64,000 bases of DNA from Verrucomicrobiia bacterium (lineage in GTDB: Bacteria; Patescibacteriota; Saccharimonadia; Saccharimonadales; JAGQNK01): assembly GCA_035489575.1 (NCBI GenBank), contig DATHJY010000013.1:219346-283345 (forward strand), written 5' to 3'. Shown here piece by piece: positions 1-9,077 of the stretch. A model generated the notes under the pieces. That model did no database searches. It saw only the letters and a program-made list of their open reading frames with translations, and was not told the origin of the DNA. Positions within the stretch are counted from its first letter, which is position 1. Every line of letters starts with the position of its first letter. The translations under genes were made by a program, and so were the position numbers.

Positions 1-228
1 GATGGTGTATTCGGCAGTTCTTTGGCCCTCAAACGGTACGCTGGACTCACTATGAGCTACTGCTCGGACAACTGCCGCTCCACCGACTATTCCAAGTGCT
101 GCAGCAGCGGCAGCTCCAGCGCCAACCGCAACCCTTCGCTTTCGGTATGTGCCAGGCGATGGACGTTGTTCTAGGCTTTGTTGTGGTGCGGTTACATCTG
201 CTGGGAGTGTTTGTTTTGGATGATCCAT
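1..228 (-). CDS. N-terminal part of a membrane-anchored protein that runs off the left edge (partial)
   Basis: My own translation. A minus-strand ATG at 228-226 opens a frame with no stop down to base 1 (MDHPKQTLPADVTAPQQSLEQRPSPGTYRKRRVAVGAGAAAAAALGIVGGAAVV...). A basic stretch is followed by an Ala/Gly-rich hydrophobic helix. It is absent from the ORF track because it has no stop inside the window. Confidence 0.3.
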   Translation of the reverse strand, partial: MDHPKQTLPADVTAPQQSLEQRPSPGTYRKRRVAVGAGAAAAAALGIVGGAAVVRAVAHSESSVPFEGQRTAEYTI

Positions 229-273
229 AGCTAGTACTATAGCATAAGCATTGTTTTTAGTCAATAATGTGTC

Positions 274-1551
274 TTACGACTGCCTGATATCCTTGATACG
301 GTTTGCAAACCATTTGGCGCTGGGACGAATGGTGCGCTTCATACCCCGCTCGCGGTCAACAGCCACCAGCCCAAACTTGGGCCACCAGCCAAACTTCCAT
401 TCAAAATTGTCCAAGAGGCTCCAGTGAAAATAACCCCTCAGGTCCACTCCCTCACTGAGAGCCCGTTGCATAGCAACAATCGTCTCCTCTATCCACCAGC
501 GGCGGTATTCGTCTGCCTCATCTGCCAGGCCGTTCTCTGTCACATAAATAGGCTTCTTAAAATGCTTCCAGGTACGCAGCAACAGTGGGTACAAACCCTC
601 CGGCTCCATATACCACCCTTGGTCACTCAGTGGCACCCGTGGATTATCCTTCTTAAACAGGCCCGTGTAGTAATCCGAGAAGTAAAAATTCACCCCTACA
701 AAGTCTTGATGACTCCGTATCCTTTTCAGAAACCACCAGTTCCAAAAGTACCGCATGCGCTGCGTCGAAAACTGGTCAAACAGACTATGCGGATGCTTGG
801 CCTGAATATTGGCAAGCTGCTGCGCCACGCCAACCTGCAACATGGGCTTTTCCTTTTTCAGAATGCGATAAGCGCGCTTATGAGCCCGCACCAAGTTCCG
901 GTACACCTTTAGGGCCAAGAAAATATTTTTCTGCTGCGGGGGCCACTCACCAATGATAAAGCCAAAGGTTACATACACATTGGGCTCATTAATCGTGATG
1001 ATATAAGTCAGGTCTTCGGCAAGTTCGTCGCTAATCTTTTGGACAAAACGCTCAAAGTACGCGACATTGCTGCGCTTCTGAAAACCACCTTTTTTGTCGA
1101 ACCACACCGGGTATGTCCAGTGCCACAGGTTAGCGAATGGCTCGATGTGCCGGCTGCGCAATTCGCGAATGTATCTGCGGTAGTGTTCGATCGCTTCTTC
1201 GTTCCACTTACCTTCTTCTGGCTCGATCCGAGACCATTCAATACCGAACCGATAGGCATTCATGTTGAGTTTTCCCAGCAGATCAAAATCTTCTTTGTAC
1301 TGTTTGTAGTGACCAACGCCCTTGCCCGAGATGTAGTTAGCCGGATCTTCGGCCCTGTTCTTTACCTCGTTCCACGATGGCACCTCCGTCAGGCGCTGGT
1401 GCGCCGACTGAGCCAACTCTTTGGCGTTCTCGCGCTCCCACACCGACCACTGATTTTCTAGCCCACCTTCTACCTGGTGCGCTGCAGTACTCGCTCCCCA
1501 AAAAAAAGATTTCGGAAAAATTTTGTCATTCTCATTATTATCATTCTTCAT
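274..1551 (-). CDS. Glycoside hydrolase family 1 beta-glucosidase
   Basis: 425-aa ORF with GH1 signatures: FPKSFFWGASTAAHQVEGG at the N-terminus, acid/base ITINEPNVY, and nucleophile YVTENGLAD. Confidence 0.9.
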   Translation of the reverse strand: MKNDNNENDKIFPKSFFWGASTAAHQVEGGLENQWSVWERENAKELAQSAHQRLTEVPSWNEVKNRAEDPANYISGKGVGHYKQYKEDFDLLGKLNMNAYRFGIEWSRIEPEEGKWNEEAIEHYRRYIRELRSRHIEPFANLWHWTYPVWFDKKGGFQKRSNVAYFERFVQKISDELAEDLTYIITINEPNVYVTFGFIIGEWPPQQKNIFLALKVYRNLVRAHKRAYRILKKEKPMLQVGVAQQLANIQAKHPHSLFDQFSTQRMRYFWNWWFLKRIRSHQDFVGVNFYFSDYYTGLFKKDNPRVPLSDQGWYMEPEGLYPLLLRTWKHFKKPIYVTENGLADEADEYRRWWIEETIVAMQRALSEGVDLRGYFHWSLLDNFEWKFGWWPKFGLVAVDRERGMKRTIRPSAKWFANRIKDIRQS

Positions 1552-1686
1552 CTTAAGCGTGATTATACCACTGGCGGTTTTGCTTTTATTTTTATGTGCA
1601 AAATTTAGTCCGAATTTACTTCGGCTAAATTTTATCTGCTTTCAGGAAGGAGCAGCCGGAGAAAATGGAGCACATTTTCGCCGCGC

Positions 1687-1716
1687 GATGAGGAAACCTA
1701 TCCCGGTTTCCTCATC
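1687..1716 (-). terminator. Perfect 12-bp hairpin overlapping the stop codon of the 1712-2440 gene
   Basis: gatgaggaaacc (1687-1698) and ggtttcctcatc (1705-1716) are exact reverse complements around a 6-nt loop. No clear U-tract follows, so a terminator role is tentative. Confidence 0.3.
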
Positions 1717-2440
1717 TGTATTCCGGATTCTCGAAATCGAAGCGAGTACCAGCGTCCCACTTTTTCCTTTGGTTGCCATAGCCTGGTACTCCGCCGGCGT
1801 CTTTGAGTAGCTTGCTCATATGCAAAAGATTCCAGGTCATAAAAGTGGTGTTGCGGTTAGTGAAATCGTTGTCTAACCCAGCCCTAGTTCCATCCTCTAG
1901 CTTGTCGCCATAGCTAGGTCCCGGCCCGGCTTCGCCTATCCAGCCAGCATCGGCATTGGGCGGAACAGTAAAGCCAATGTGCTGCAAACTATAGAGGATA
2001 TTCATGGCACAGTGCTTTATGCCGTCTTCATTACCCGTGATAATGGCGCCGCCTACCTTGCCATAAAACCTGTACTGACCCTTCTCGTTCAGCTCGCCCG
2101 AGTGGGCGTACAGCCGCTCGATGATTCTCTTGGTAACCGAACTGTTGTCACCAAGCCAGATCGGTCCAGCCACCACGACAATGTCTGCAGCCATGACCTT
2201 GGGGGATATATCAGTCCACTCGTCTGCTTTCCAGCCATGCTCGCGCATGTCAGGATACACACCGGTAGCAATGTTGTGGTCTATGGGCCGAATCAGTTCG
2301 GTCTTAACGCCATGTTTTTCCATGATCTTGCGGCTAGCGTCTATAAGCAATTCGGTGTGGCTTTTTTCTGGTGATTTTTTGAGTGTGCAATTAAAGAACA
2401 GTGCTTTTGTACCCGAGAAGTCTAGAGTCTTTTCTGTCAT
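1712..2440 (-). CDS. Flavodoxin-fold NAD(P)H-dependent FMN reductase-like protein
   Basis: 242-aa ORF. ALFFNCTLKKSP near the N-terminus and VVVAGPIWLGDNSS are the usual pattern of flavodoxin-like NAD(P)H:FMN oxidoreductases. Assigned by eye. Confidence 0.65.
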   Translation of the reverse strand: MTEKTLDFSGTKALFFNCTLKKSPEKSHTELLIDASRKIMEKHGVKTELIRPIDHNIATGVYPDMREHGWKADEWTDISPKVMAADIVVVAGPIWLGDNSSVTKRIIERLYAHSGELNEKGQYRFYGKVGGAIITGNEDGIKHCAMNILYSLQHIGFTVPPNADAGWIGEAGPGPSYGDKLEDGTRAGLDNDFTNRNTTFMTWNLLHMSKLLKDAGGVPGYGNQRKKWDAGTRFDFENPEYR

Positions 2441-2441
2441 A

Positions 2442-2861
2442 TCAGAATCCTATAATTCCTATAACTAACCCCATAATCATGATGGCCACAAATTCATGGG
2501 CAACGGTCAGTGCCATCAGTTTTTTACGGCGGCGCTCGAATAACCCGTGCATGATAACCGTCGGCACCATAATACCAACCCACAGCAAAAAAGCTGCCCG
2601 CAGAGCCGAGGAAAAGAAAGTGTCCAAATAGAAATGCTGCAGCAAAATCGCCACATAATACAGGGTAGTCGCTGTTACCAGCGCCAACAAAAAAGCGCCG
2701 ACCAATGCAACAGTCGCACCCTGCTGTGCCTTGTCTTTGTCTAGTTTGACCATCTTCATCCAAGCGTCACCAAACACTGGGCCAGCGTACCACCCCGCCC
2801 CGATAATCATGCTGGATATGGCTGCCAATAGAACCGCCAGATAGTTTATCTGAACATCCAT
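2442..2861 (-). CDS. DUF1761-type small integral membrane protein
   Basis: 139 aa with about 4 hydrophobic helices. The N-terminus INYLAVLLAAISSMIIGAGWYAGPVFGDAWMK matches the DUF1761 pattern as I remember it. There is a 1-nt gap to the downstream gene. Confidence 0.6.
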   Translation of the reverse strand: MDVQINYLAVLLAAISSMIIGAGWYAGPVFGDAWMKMVKLDKDKAQQGATVALVGAFLLALVTATTLYYVAILLQHFYLDTFFSSALRAAFLLWVGIMVPTVIMHGLFERRRKKLMALTVAHEFVAIMIMGLVIGIIGF

Positions 2862-2926
2862 TATTCCCTCCTGCTTTAGCGAACCCCCCAGGGCTCATTC
2901 ATAAGCATTATGCGCTGACGCTAGGC

Positions 2927-3796
2927 TCAAGACAAGCGCTTCAGGCCTTTTTGCAGGCGATCTTTCACATACCAGCCGACCATATTCCTGCGATTCATGA
3001 CACTACTTCCGTCACTTAGGCCATCGAGCAGTTTCATGTCACTGGTCGTCAGCTCAAAGTCAAAAATCTGAAAATTTTCCTGGATACGTTTGGGCCGAGA
3101 CGATCTGGGGGTAGGCACAGCACCATGCTGCAGACTCCAGCGCAGCATAACCTGAGCAGGAGTTTTGCCAACACGGGCTGCGACTTCTTTTAGTACCGGA
3201 TCTTCTAGGCGACGAGCTTGAGCCAGTGGGCTATAAGCCTCTAGGACAATGCCCTGCTCTTTGCAGAAATCTAGTATAGGTTTTTGCTGGGCATAATTGA
3301 AAGGATGGAGCTCTATCTGATTAACAGCAGGCGGGATACTGGTTTTTAACACTTCTTTCAGCTGCGAAACGTCGTAGTTAGAGACCCCGATAGCCCGCGC
3401 CTTTCCGGTGCCGTGTATGTCCGTCAATGCCTGCCAACTCTCGCCCCGTCTCTGCAGGTCGTCGCCCGGCCAGTGAACCAAGTATAAGTCTATATACTCA
3501 AGACCTAGTTTTTCTAGCGACCCCGCAAATGCCTTGAGCGCCGATTCATACCCTTGGTCGCTATTCCATAATTTCGTCGTGACAAAGATATCTTCGCGGG
3601 CCACCGGACTTTCGTGTATAGCCCGTCCCACGCTGGCTTCGTTACCATAAATTTTGGCAGTATCTATCAACCGATAGCCAGTATCCAATGCCACCCTTAC
3701 CGCACGCAGTGTCTCGGAGCCATCGGCCAGCTGCCATGTACCAAAACCAAGAGTCGGTATAGCATTGCCGGCGTTCAAACGGAGTGTCTTTTTCAC
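2927..3796 (-). CDS. Aldo/keto reductase (2,5-diketo-D-gluconate reductase-like)
   Basis: 289 aa with LGFGTWQL, DTAKIYGNE, LYLVHWP and PRSSRPKRIQENF, all AKR-superfamily motifs. Confidence 0.9.
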   Translation of the reverse strand: MKKTLRLNAGNAIPTLGFGTWQLADGSETLRAVRVALDTGYRLIDTAKIYGNEASVGRAIHESPVAREDIFVTTKLWNSDQGYESALKAFAGSLEKLGLEYIDLYLVHWPGDDLQRRGESWQALTDIHGTGKARAIGVSNYDVSQLKEVLKTSIPPAVNQIELHPFNYAQQKPILDFCKEQGIVLEAYSPLAQARRLEDPVLKEVAARVGKTPAQVMLRWSLQHGAVPTPRSSRPKRIQENFQIFDFELTTSDMKLLDGLSDGSSVMNRRNMVGWYVKDRLQKGLKRLS

Positions 3797-3881
3797 GAAA
3801 GCCTTTATTTACTTTGCCCCATGAGTGTACACCCATGCGCCCTGTCAAAAACGCAAGATACTTTACAGACACACCGTAGAA

Positions 3882-5405
3882 CTATTTGCGGAACTTTATA
3901 TCGTCGCCGTAGTGTTTTTTTAGTCGAGCGCGAATAGACCCTGGGTGTCGGCCGAACAACTCCGTCAGCTCTTTGACACCCTTGCCATCATCGTAGAGTT
4001 TCTGCAGCTTATCATCGTCTTCTTGTACCCAGGGTGTATAGGCATTTGGATACTCTTCGCGCATTTTTGCTAGGCGTTCTCCCCACTCACCCTTTGGAGC
4101 TTTCTTGGGTTTTGGGTTCTTGGCCCGCTTGGCAGCATTTTCACGCAAGTGCTCAAACTGCTGAGCCGCTTCGGTAGCCCGATTCCGCAAAGTAGCTTCA
4201 ATATCTCTCGCCAGTGGGCTGACTTGCAGCGCCATGCGATTAATCCCCATAAGACTAAGGTCGTCTAGACGACGTACACGAGACAAGGCAACATACCCCA
4301 TGCCCTCTACAAAGGCCTTGCGCAGGTCAACCCGGGCAGCGTCTAGTGTCATGCCCTGGCTTTTATGAACGGTAATAGCCCAGGCTAGACGCAGCGGAAT
4401 TTGTGTCAAAGAAGCACGCTTTTTGTCACCGTCACGTAGCTCCCAGGTCTCTGTTGTCATGGTCACTTCTTTGCCGCTATGCAGCTGTACAACTGGAAAA
4501 CCACCAATTTCCTCGAACCCAACCACCATACCGAGCGACCCGTTCACGTAACGTTTTTCGGGGCTGTTGCGAATACACATAACCAACGCGCCTTCCTTTA
4601 GAACCAGCTGCTCTACGGCCAAGCAAGATCGTTTCAGTGTATCAACATAGTTTGCACTACCCGTGGTGTGCATTTCGAAAACATGTTCCTCGCCCTCCAG
4701 AGACCCCAGACGTCCTTCGTTTATAGTGTCGACGTCGACATTTACGGTGTGGAGCTCGGTAACCTCTATGTCCTCGGCCAGCTGCGCATCAACCCGCCCC
4801 AGCAGCTGTTCGGCATGTCTGCGACGCAGATCATTGGCCCGCATGGCATGTAAAATTTCCAGAAATGTATCGTCGTCCTGACGATGCTGCTCGGTCAAAT
4901 AGCACACAACCGGGTTTAGGTCGGTCCACGCCTGTGACTGCGTGACAAAGCTGCCCTGCTTTCCGTCACGCCTGTTAACGGGTGGCAACTGAAAAAAATC
5001 ACCACACAGAATAACCTGGATACCGCCAAATGGCTCGTCTTTGTTACGCACCTTGCGCGCAATGGCGTCAATCATGTCCAGCCGATAGTCGTGCAGCATA
5101 GACACTTCATCGATAATTAAAACGTCTGTTTTTTGGATAGTCTCTCGGCGACCTTTTGGCATGTGGTCCATAAAGCGAGGTGGTAGGTCATCCAACACAC
5201 CTATTCCGCTCCAGGAGTGGACAGTCGATCCGTTCAGGTGTGTTGCGGCCAGCCCCGTCGTTGCCGTAACGGCTACGTGCTTGCCGTCGTTTTTGGCCTC
5301 TTTTATAAAGCGATTCAGCACATATGTTTTGCCCGAACCAGCAGGACCGGTCAACAGTACACTGTTGCCAGCCAACATAATCTCGAGCGCCAAAACTTGA
5401 TCCAT
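3882..5405 (-). CDS. PIF1/RecD-like SF1 DNA helicase with a basic, HTH-like C-terminal tail
   Basis: 507 aa. Walker A LLTGPAGSGKTY, Walker B VLIIDEVSML, plus CGDFFQLPPV and TVHKSQGMT motifs. An extra C-terminal stretch of about 100 aa (KRAKNPKPKKAPK...GVKELTELFGRHPGSIRARLKKH) looks like a small DNA-binding helix-turn-helix. Confidence 0.85.
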   Translation of the reverse strand: MDQVLALEIMLAGNSVLLTGPAGSGKTYVLNRFIKEAKNDGKHVAVTATTGLAATHLNGSTVHSWSGIGVLDDLPPRFMDHMPKGRRETIQKTDVLIIDEVSMLHDYRLDMIDAIARKVRNKDEPFGGIQVILCGDFFQLPPVNRRDGKQGSFVTQSQAWTDLNPVVCYLTEQHRQDDDTFLEILHAMRANDLRRRHAEQLLGRVDAQLAEDIEVTELHTVNVDVDTINEGRLGSLEGEEHVFEMHTTGSANYVDTLKRSCLAVEQLVLKEGALVMCIRNSPEKRYVNGSLGMVVGFEEIGGFPVVQLHSGKEVTMTTETWELRDGDKKRASLTQIPLRLAWAITVHKSQGMTLDAARVDLRKAFVEGMGYVALSRVRRLDDLSLMGINRMALQVSPLARDIEATLRNRATEAAQQFEHLRENAAKRAKNPKPKKAPKGEWGERLAKMREEYPNAYTPWVQEDDDKLQKLYDDGKGVKELTELFGRHPGSIRARLKKHYGDDIKFRK

Positions 5406-5507
5406 AAGCCTCCGTAGTATACAGGGTTTAGCATGTGCGGTTTGTTGTAATTACGAGCCGCTCTTTTGCGACCATATAGTGTGCTTTCTGTTTAGGGAAA
5501 GCTACTG

Positions 5508-6098
5508 TCATGACTTTGGTCGAGGAGCGGGCCGATGCTTTTTGCGGTCGTGGTATGCCAGTTCTTTGCGGGACTGATCCAGCCGGTCTACGTAGGCGTC
5601 GAAGGTGTTGTACAGGTTAGAATAGTGCCCACTTGGTGCGAGCAGCTTCAGCAATTTACCTTCCTGCTCGAGGTATTCAACCAGACTATAAAAGTCACCG
5701 TCGCCAGAAACAATAATAGCCTTGTTGTAATGTGGCAGCTCTTTCATAGCCCACAGTACTAGGTCGGCATCTATGTTGCCTTTTGTTTTCTTATCCTCTT
5801 CTTTGTCGGGCCTGCCCTTAGAATCTGTTTTGTCGGACATCTCTGGGCGCGGACGAGTCATATCAAATGTAGGCTTCAGCACAATGGCATAGCCTGACTC
5901 GTGCAGCTGCACGTACATATCCTCGAACTCCGGAACATACCCGATGAACATCAGCGCCTTCGTCACGCCGTACTTCTCTGTCAAGTACACACGAAACTTA
6001 CGCCAGTCCATCTTCCAACCCAGTTTTTGCACACTGATATTTAGGTTTTGGCTATCTATAAAAGCAAATACTTGCTTTGGCTGAGTCTCTTTTCCCAT
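5508..6098 (-). CDS. NYN (LabA-like) domain protein, predicted nuclease
   Basis: 196 aa. The FAFIDSQNL start and IVSGDGDFYSLVEYLEQEGKLLKLL are the NYN/LabA acidic-residue motifs. A Lys/Asp/Glu-rich insert lies in the middle. It starts 12 nt after the upstream gene's stop. Confidence 0.8.
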   Translation of the reverse strand: MGKETQPKQVFAFIDSQNLNISVQKLGWKMDWRKFRVYLTEKYGVTKALMFIGYVPEFEDMYVQLHESGYAIVLKPTFDMTRPRPEMSDKTDSKGRPDKEEDKKTKGNIDADLVLWAMKELPHYNKAIIVSGDGDFYSLVEYLEQEGKLLKLLAPSGHYSNLYNTFDAYVDRLDQSRKELAYHDRKKHRPAPRPKS

Positions 6099-6110
6099 AT
6101 CCTAATGATA

Positions 6111-7127
6111 CTACATGACTTGCTTTAGTAAGTCTTCGTCATCGGGTGGCTTTAGCGGTCGCTTAGTCTTGATCTCGTAGCGTAGCCCCGTAACGGGTGA
6201 TTCCATGTAGTCATCGTTCAGGAGGTTAACAAATGTATTCAAATCTTTACCGTCCATAAGTATTATTGCCCCTGTATCGTCGGTCATGAGTGGAATTTCT
6301 ATCTCTTCTGCATGGTTCAGTAAATCTTCCTGTTTCATGGCCAGGGGGTCAATCTTTTGCAGCTTGTTTACCAGAGCTTTTTTGCCTTTTATCATTTCCT
6401 CGAACGAAGATTCGGCAAAACTCAGTTTGAAGTGCTCACCGATCAGCTTGATCTTGTCCAGGGCAATGCCGTACTTCTTGGCATTGTAGCCAAACAAAGA
6501 CTCTAGCTTGGCCTGATTAAATACGTACATATCTTGGTCTACCACCAGCAGTTGGTTGTCCTTGGGAATCTGCAATGATCCATCGGCATCAAACGGCACA
6601 AACCTGCCGCCACGCATCAGCCAGGCGGTGCTCCCTTTCATGACCATATTCGAAGACAAGGCTTTGATGATATAAAACGGCTTGGGTAAAGACGCGTGAG
6701 TACAGCGGGCCACTAAACCCTTGATACGCTTAAAGTCGTGTTCTTCCTCTACGAATGTTTCTATTTCGTGTTCTTGGGTTTTCAGCCAGTTCAGCGCCAT
6801 GCGAGCGTTTTCAACATTGCGGAGCTTGGTTCGTTGCAGAACGTTGCCTTCGGCCTCTCCCTCTTCGAACTCCCGAACTGTCAGGCCAGACTCAGCCCCC
6901 TCCAGCACAAACTCTAGCAGGTTGTCTACCAGCAGTGGTTCTAGCGATTTACGCAGGTCTTTGCTGACCGCCGCCCTGTACACGACATAGTTCTTGTTGA
7001 ATAGAAACAGCTCAATCACCAGCTCTTCCTTTATGGGCACGAGATTGTTGGCCCAGAGGAAAACGTCAGATTGCTCGTAGCTCTCGGCCGCTGGTGCAGC
7101 CGTTTCTTCGGTGGTAGGTTCTTCCAC
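6111..7127 (-). CDS. DUF4868-type (KwaB-like) protein, tentative
   Basis: 338 aa, soluble, with an acidic N-terminus. The central and C-terminal pattern (KRIKGLVARC...FYIIKALSSNMVMKG...RFVPFDADGSLQIPKDNQLLVVDQDMYVFNQAKLESLFGYN) resembles the DUF4868 family that includes Kiwa KwaB. This is by-eye recall and needs an HMM or structural check. Confidence 0.45.
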   Translation of the reverse strand: MEEPTTEETAAPAAESYEQSDVFLWANNLVPIKEELVIELFLFNKNYVVYRAAVSKDLRKSLEPLLVDNLLEFVLEGAESGLTVREFEEGEAEGNVLQRTKLRNVENARMALNWLKTQEHEIETFVEEEHDFKRIKGLVARCTHASLPKPFYIIKALSSNMVMKGSTAWLMRGGRFVPFDADGSLQIPKDNQLLVVDQDMYVFNQAKLESLFGYNAKKYGIALDKIKLIGEHFKLSFAESSFEEMIKGKKALVNKLQKIDPLAMKQEDLLNHAEEIEIPLMTDDTGAIILMDGKDLNTFVNLLNDDYMESPVTGLRYEIKTKRPLKPPDDEDLLKQVM

Positions 7128-7276
7128 GTATGCTCCGTATATTCTTTGGTTTTATGCTTGTCAGCCACCATTCTACCCGAAAACAGCAGACTTGCATGCT
7201 GTAAAATTGGAGCTCTTCCTATTCTCAAGCAGGATGAGACTAGGCTGAATTATTTGTTTATGGTAAAAAGTATTTT

Positions 7277-8401
7277 ATGACACACATAGAGGGAGAACCT
7301 CTTTTTTATTACGATCTGTTCGAAAATCGCATGCTTACGGGTGCTACTGCGTACGAGGACGCCCTGGCAGCCGGTAGTAACCCACATGATTTCATAGACC
7401 TGCGCGATGCGTTGCATGATCCTAAGCGTTACGCAGCACTTGTGACAAATGAGGTGCCTCGTCAGATTGAATTACCAGATCAAGAGGATTTAACAGCCCT
7501 TGCACAGTGGGTCGGTCATGAAATTCTGGGTGAACGGGTGCGCGTGGTTATTGGTCACTTTAAATTTTTACACAAGTTAAGCTTGGGCGCCTCTGAAAAA
7601 GGAATTGAGAAACTAGGAGGATTCTCCGCACTGTATGAGCGCGCCGAGCTTCCCAATGCCGTGAGATATGGCCTATACGATAGTTGGGATATCAATGATT
7701 TTGCTGACTATGTATACAAACAAGAGACGAACCCAGACCGCACAAAGTCACTCACCCAGACCCTGCGTGAAGCTAACCTAAGGGGCGAAGGGCCAGGCCT
7801 GAAAACAATAAACGAACGTACAAAAGGCGGCATGCGGCGCCTACTAACGCGACGTGGGCTATATATATTCTTTGGTGCAGACGAAGACTACTACGAAGAT
7901 TGGGGTGTGGACTTTATGTTTGCCAACAATGGCCGACCCGTCGACACCGGGGTGCTCAAGCTACTCTCGCCAAAACGACTGTCCCCTGGGGCAAAAACCA
8001 TTCACGCAAGATACGGCACCATCGAGAAATTTAACCTTAAAGTCGAAGACAAGTACTACGCAGAGGTAGATCGTATAACCATAAGAAACGCTCATAAATT
8101 TGCCGCCACTATGCAGGCCGTTAACGATGGAGATTTGCCCACTTCTATTATGGTGGGCTGCACCAATGAAGCAGAGCTGAGACATGTCGTTGGGAAGTAC
8201 CAATTACTTGAGGAACTTTGCCCCGCACTGGAGCCGGATCAGATTATAGAAATCGTACAAGGTACAACCAAGCAAGCGCTCTACGCCATTATGCGTCGGA
8301 ATCGTGATAAAACAGCTGCCCATATTGAGGTAGCTGCCGTCAGAATTGATGTCTTTGATGACGTCTGGCCGCCTACGCCCAAACTAGCGCTAAAGGTATA
8401 G
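7277..8401 (+). CDS. Hypothetical protein (orphan, no recognisable motif)
   Basis: 374-aa ORF divergent from the 6111-7127 gene, with codon usage like its neighbours. I recognise no family signature. Confidence 0.5.
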   Translation: MTHIEGEPLFYYDLFENRMLTGATAYEDALAAGSNPHDFIDLRDALHDPKRYAALVTNEVPRQIELPDQEDLTALAQWVGHEILGERVRVVIGHFKFLHKLSLGASEKGIEKLGGFSALYERAELPNAVRYGLYDSWDINDFADYVYKQETNPDRTKSLTQTLREANLRGEGPGLKTINERTKGGMRRLLTRRGLYIFFGADEDYYEDWGVDFMFANNGRPVDTGVLKLLSPKRLSPGAKTIHARYGTIEKFNLKVEDKYYAEVDRITIRNAHKFAATMQAVNDGDLPTSIMVGCTNEAELRHVVGKYQLLEELCPALEPDQIIEIVQGTTKQALYAIMRRNRDKTAAHIEVAAVRIDVFDDVWPPTPKLALKV

Positions 8402-8407
8402 GTCCGC

Positions 8408-8968
8408 CTACGACTGTTTTGCCAGGATTTTGCGTGCGCGCTTCATATACTCTGCGTAAGTTAGATATGTCGTACTGTCTACCACTCTGTCGACAAACAA
8501 TATGCCATTCAGGTGATCTGTCTCGTGCTGTATAACATGCGCCTGCAGTCCCTCATATATTTCATGGCGCAGTCTCCCCTGCTTGTCCCAAAACTTTACT
8601 TGTATCTTTTGGTAACGTGGCACCTTGGCAAATAGTGCCGCCTTGCCTGGCCCGCCGCTGATACAGCCTTCATATAATTGAATACGCCGGCCAAAAGTCT
8701 GGGTAATTTCAGGATTGATGAGTACTAGGTCAAATGGTTCTACTTGTTGCCGATGTGCCAGGGGCCGAATAGCGATAACCACCACTGCCACACTGTGGCC
8801 AACCTGGGGAGCTGCCAGACCAATACCCAGCTTCTTTTGTAATAACGTATGCCGCATGGCGGCGATCAGCTGCTGCAGGTCTGTTTCAATAATTTCACTC
8901 GGCTTAAGGCGTCGTGCCTGCTGGCGCAGAATAGGATTGCCAAATTGGGTACGCCTGAGAGCTTGCAT
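8408..8968 (-). CDS. def: Peptide deformylase
   Basis: GIGLAAPQVG, EGCIS and HVIQHETDHLNG are the three deformylase motifs. I trimmed the 259-aa track ORF to the internal ATG at 8968 (MQALRRTQFGNPILRQQA...). The upstream 73 codons lie in a stop-poor, high-GC region and look non-coding. Confidence 0.9.
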   Translation of the reverse strand: MQALRRTQFGNPILRQQARRLKPSEIIETDLQQLIAAMRHTLLQKKLGIGLAAPQVGHSVAVVVIAIRPLAHRQQVEPFDLVLINPEITQTFGRRIQLYEGCISGGPGKAALFAKVPRYQKIQVKFWDKQGRLRHEIYEGLQAHVIQHETDHLNGILFVDRVVDSTTYLTYAEYMKRARKILAKQS

Positions 8969-9077
8969 AAGATTCAATATAACATCGAAAGAGTTGTTAT
9001 GTGAGGTGAGAGGAGCTGAATTGGGGGGCAGAGCCGGAATCTCGACAAGTCGAGAAGAACATCCGGATGCCCCACGC

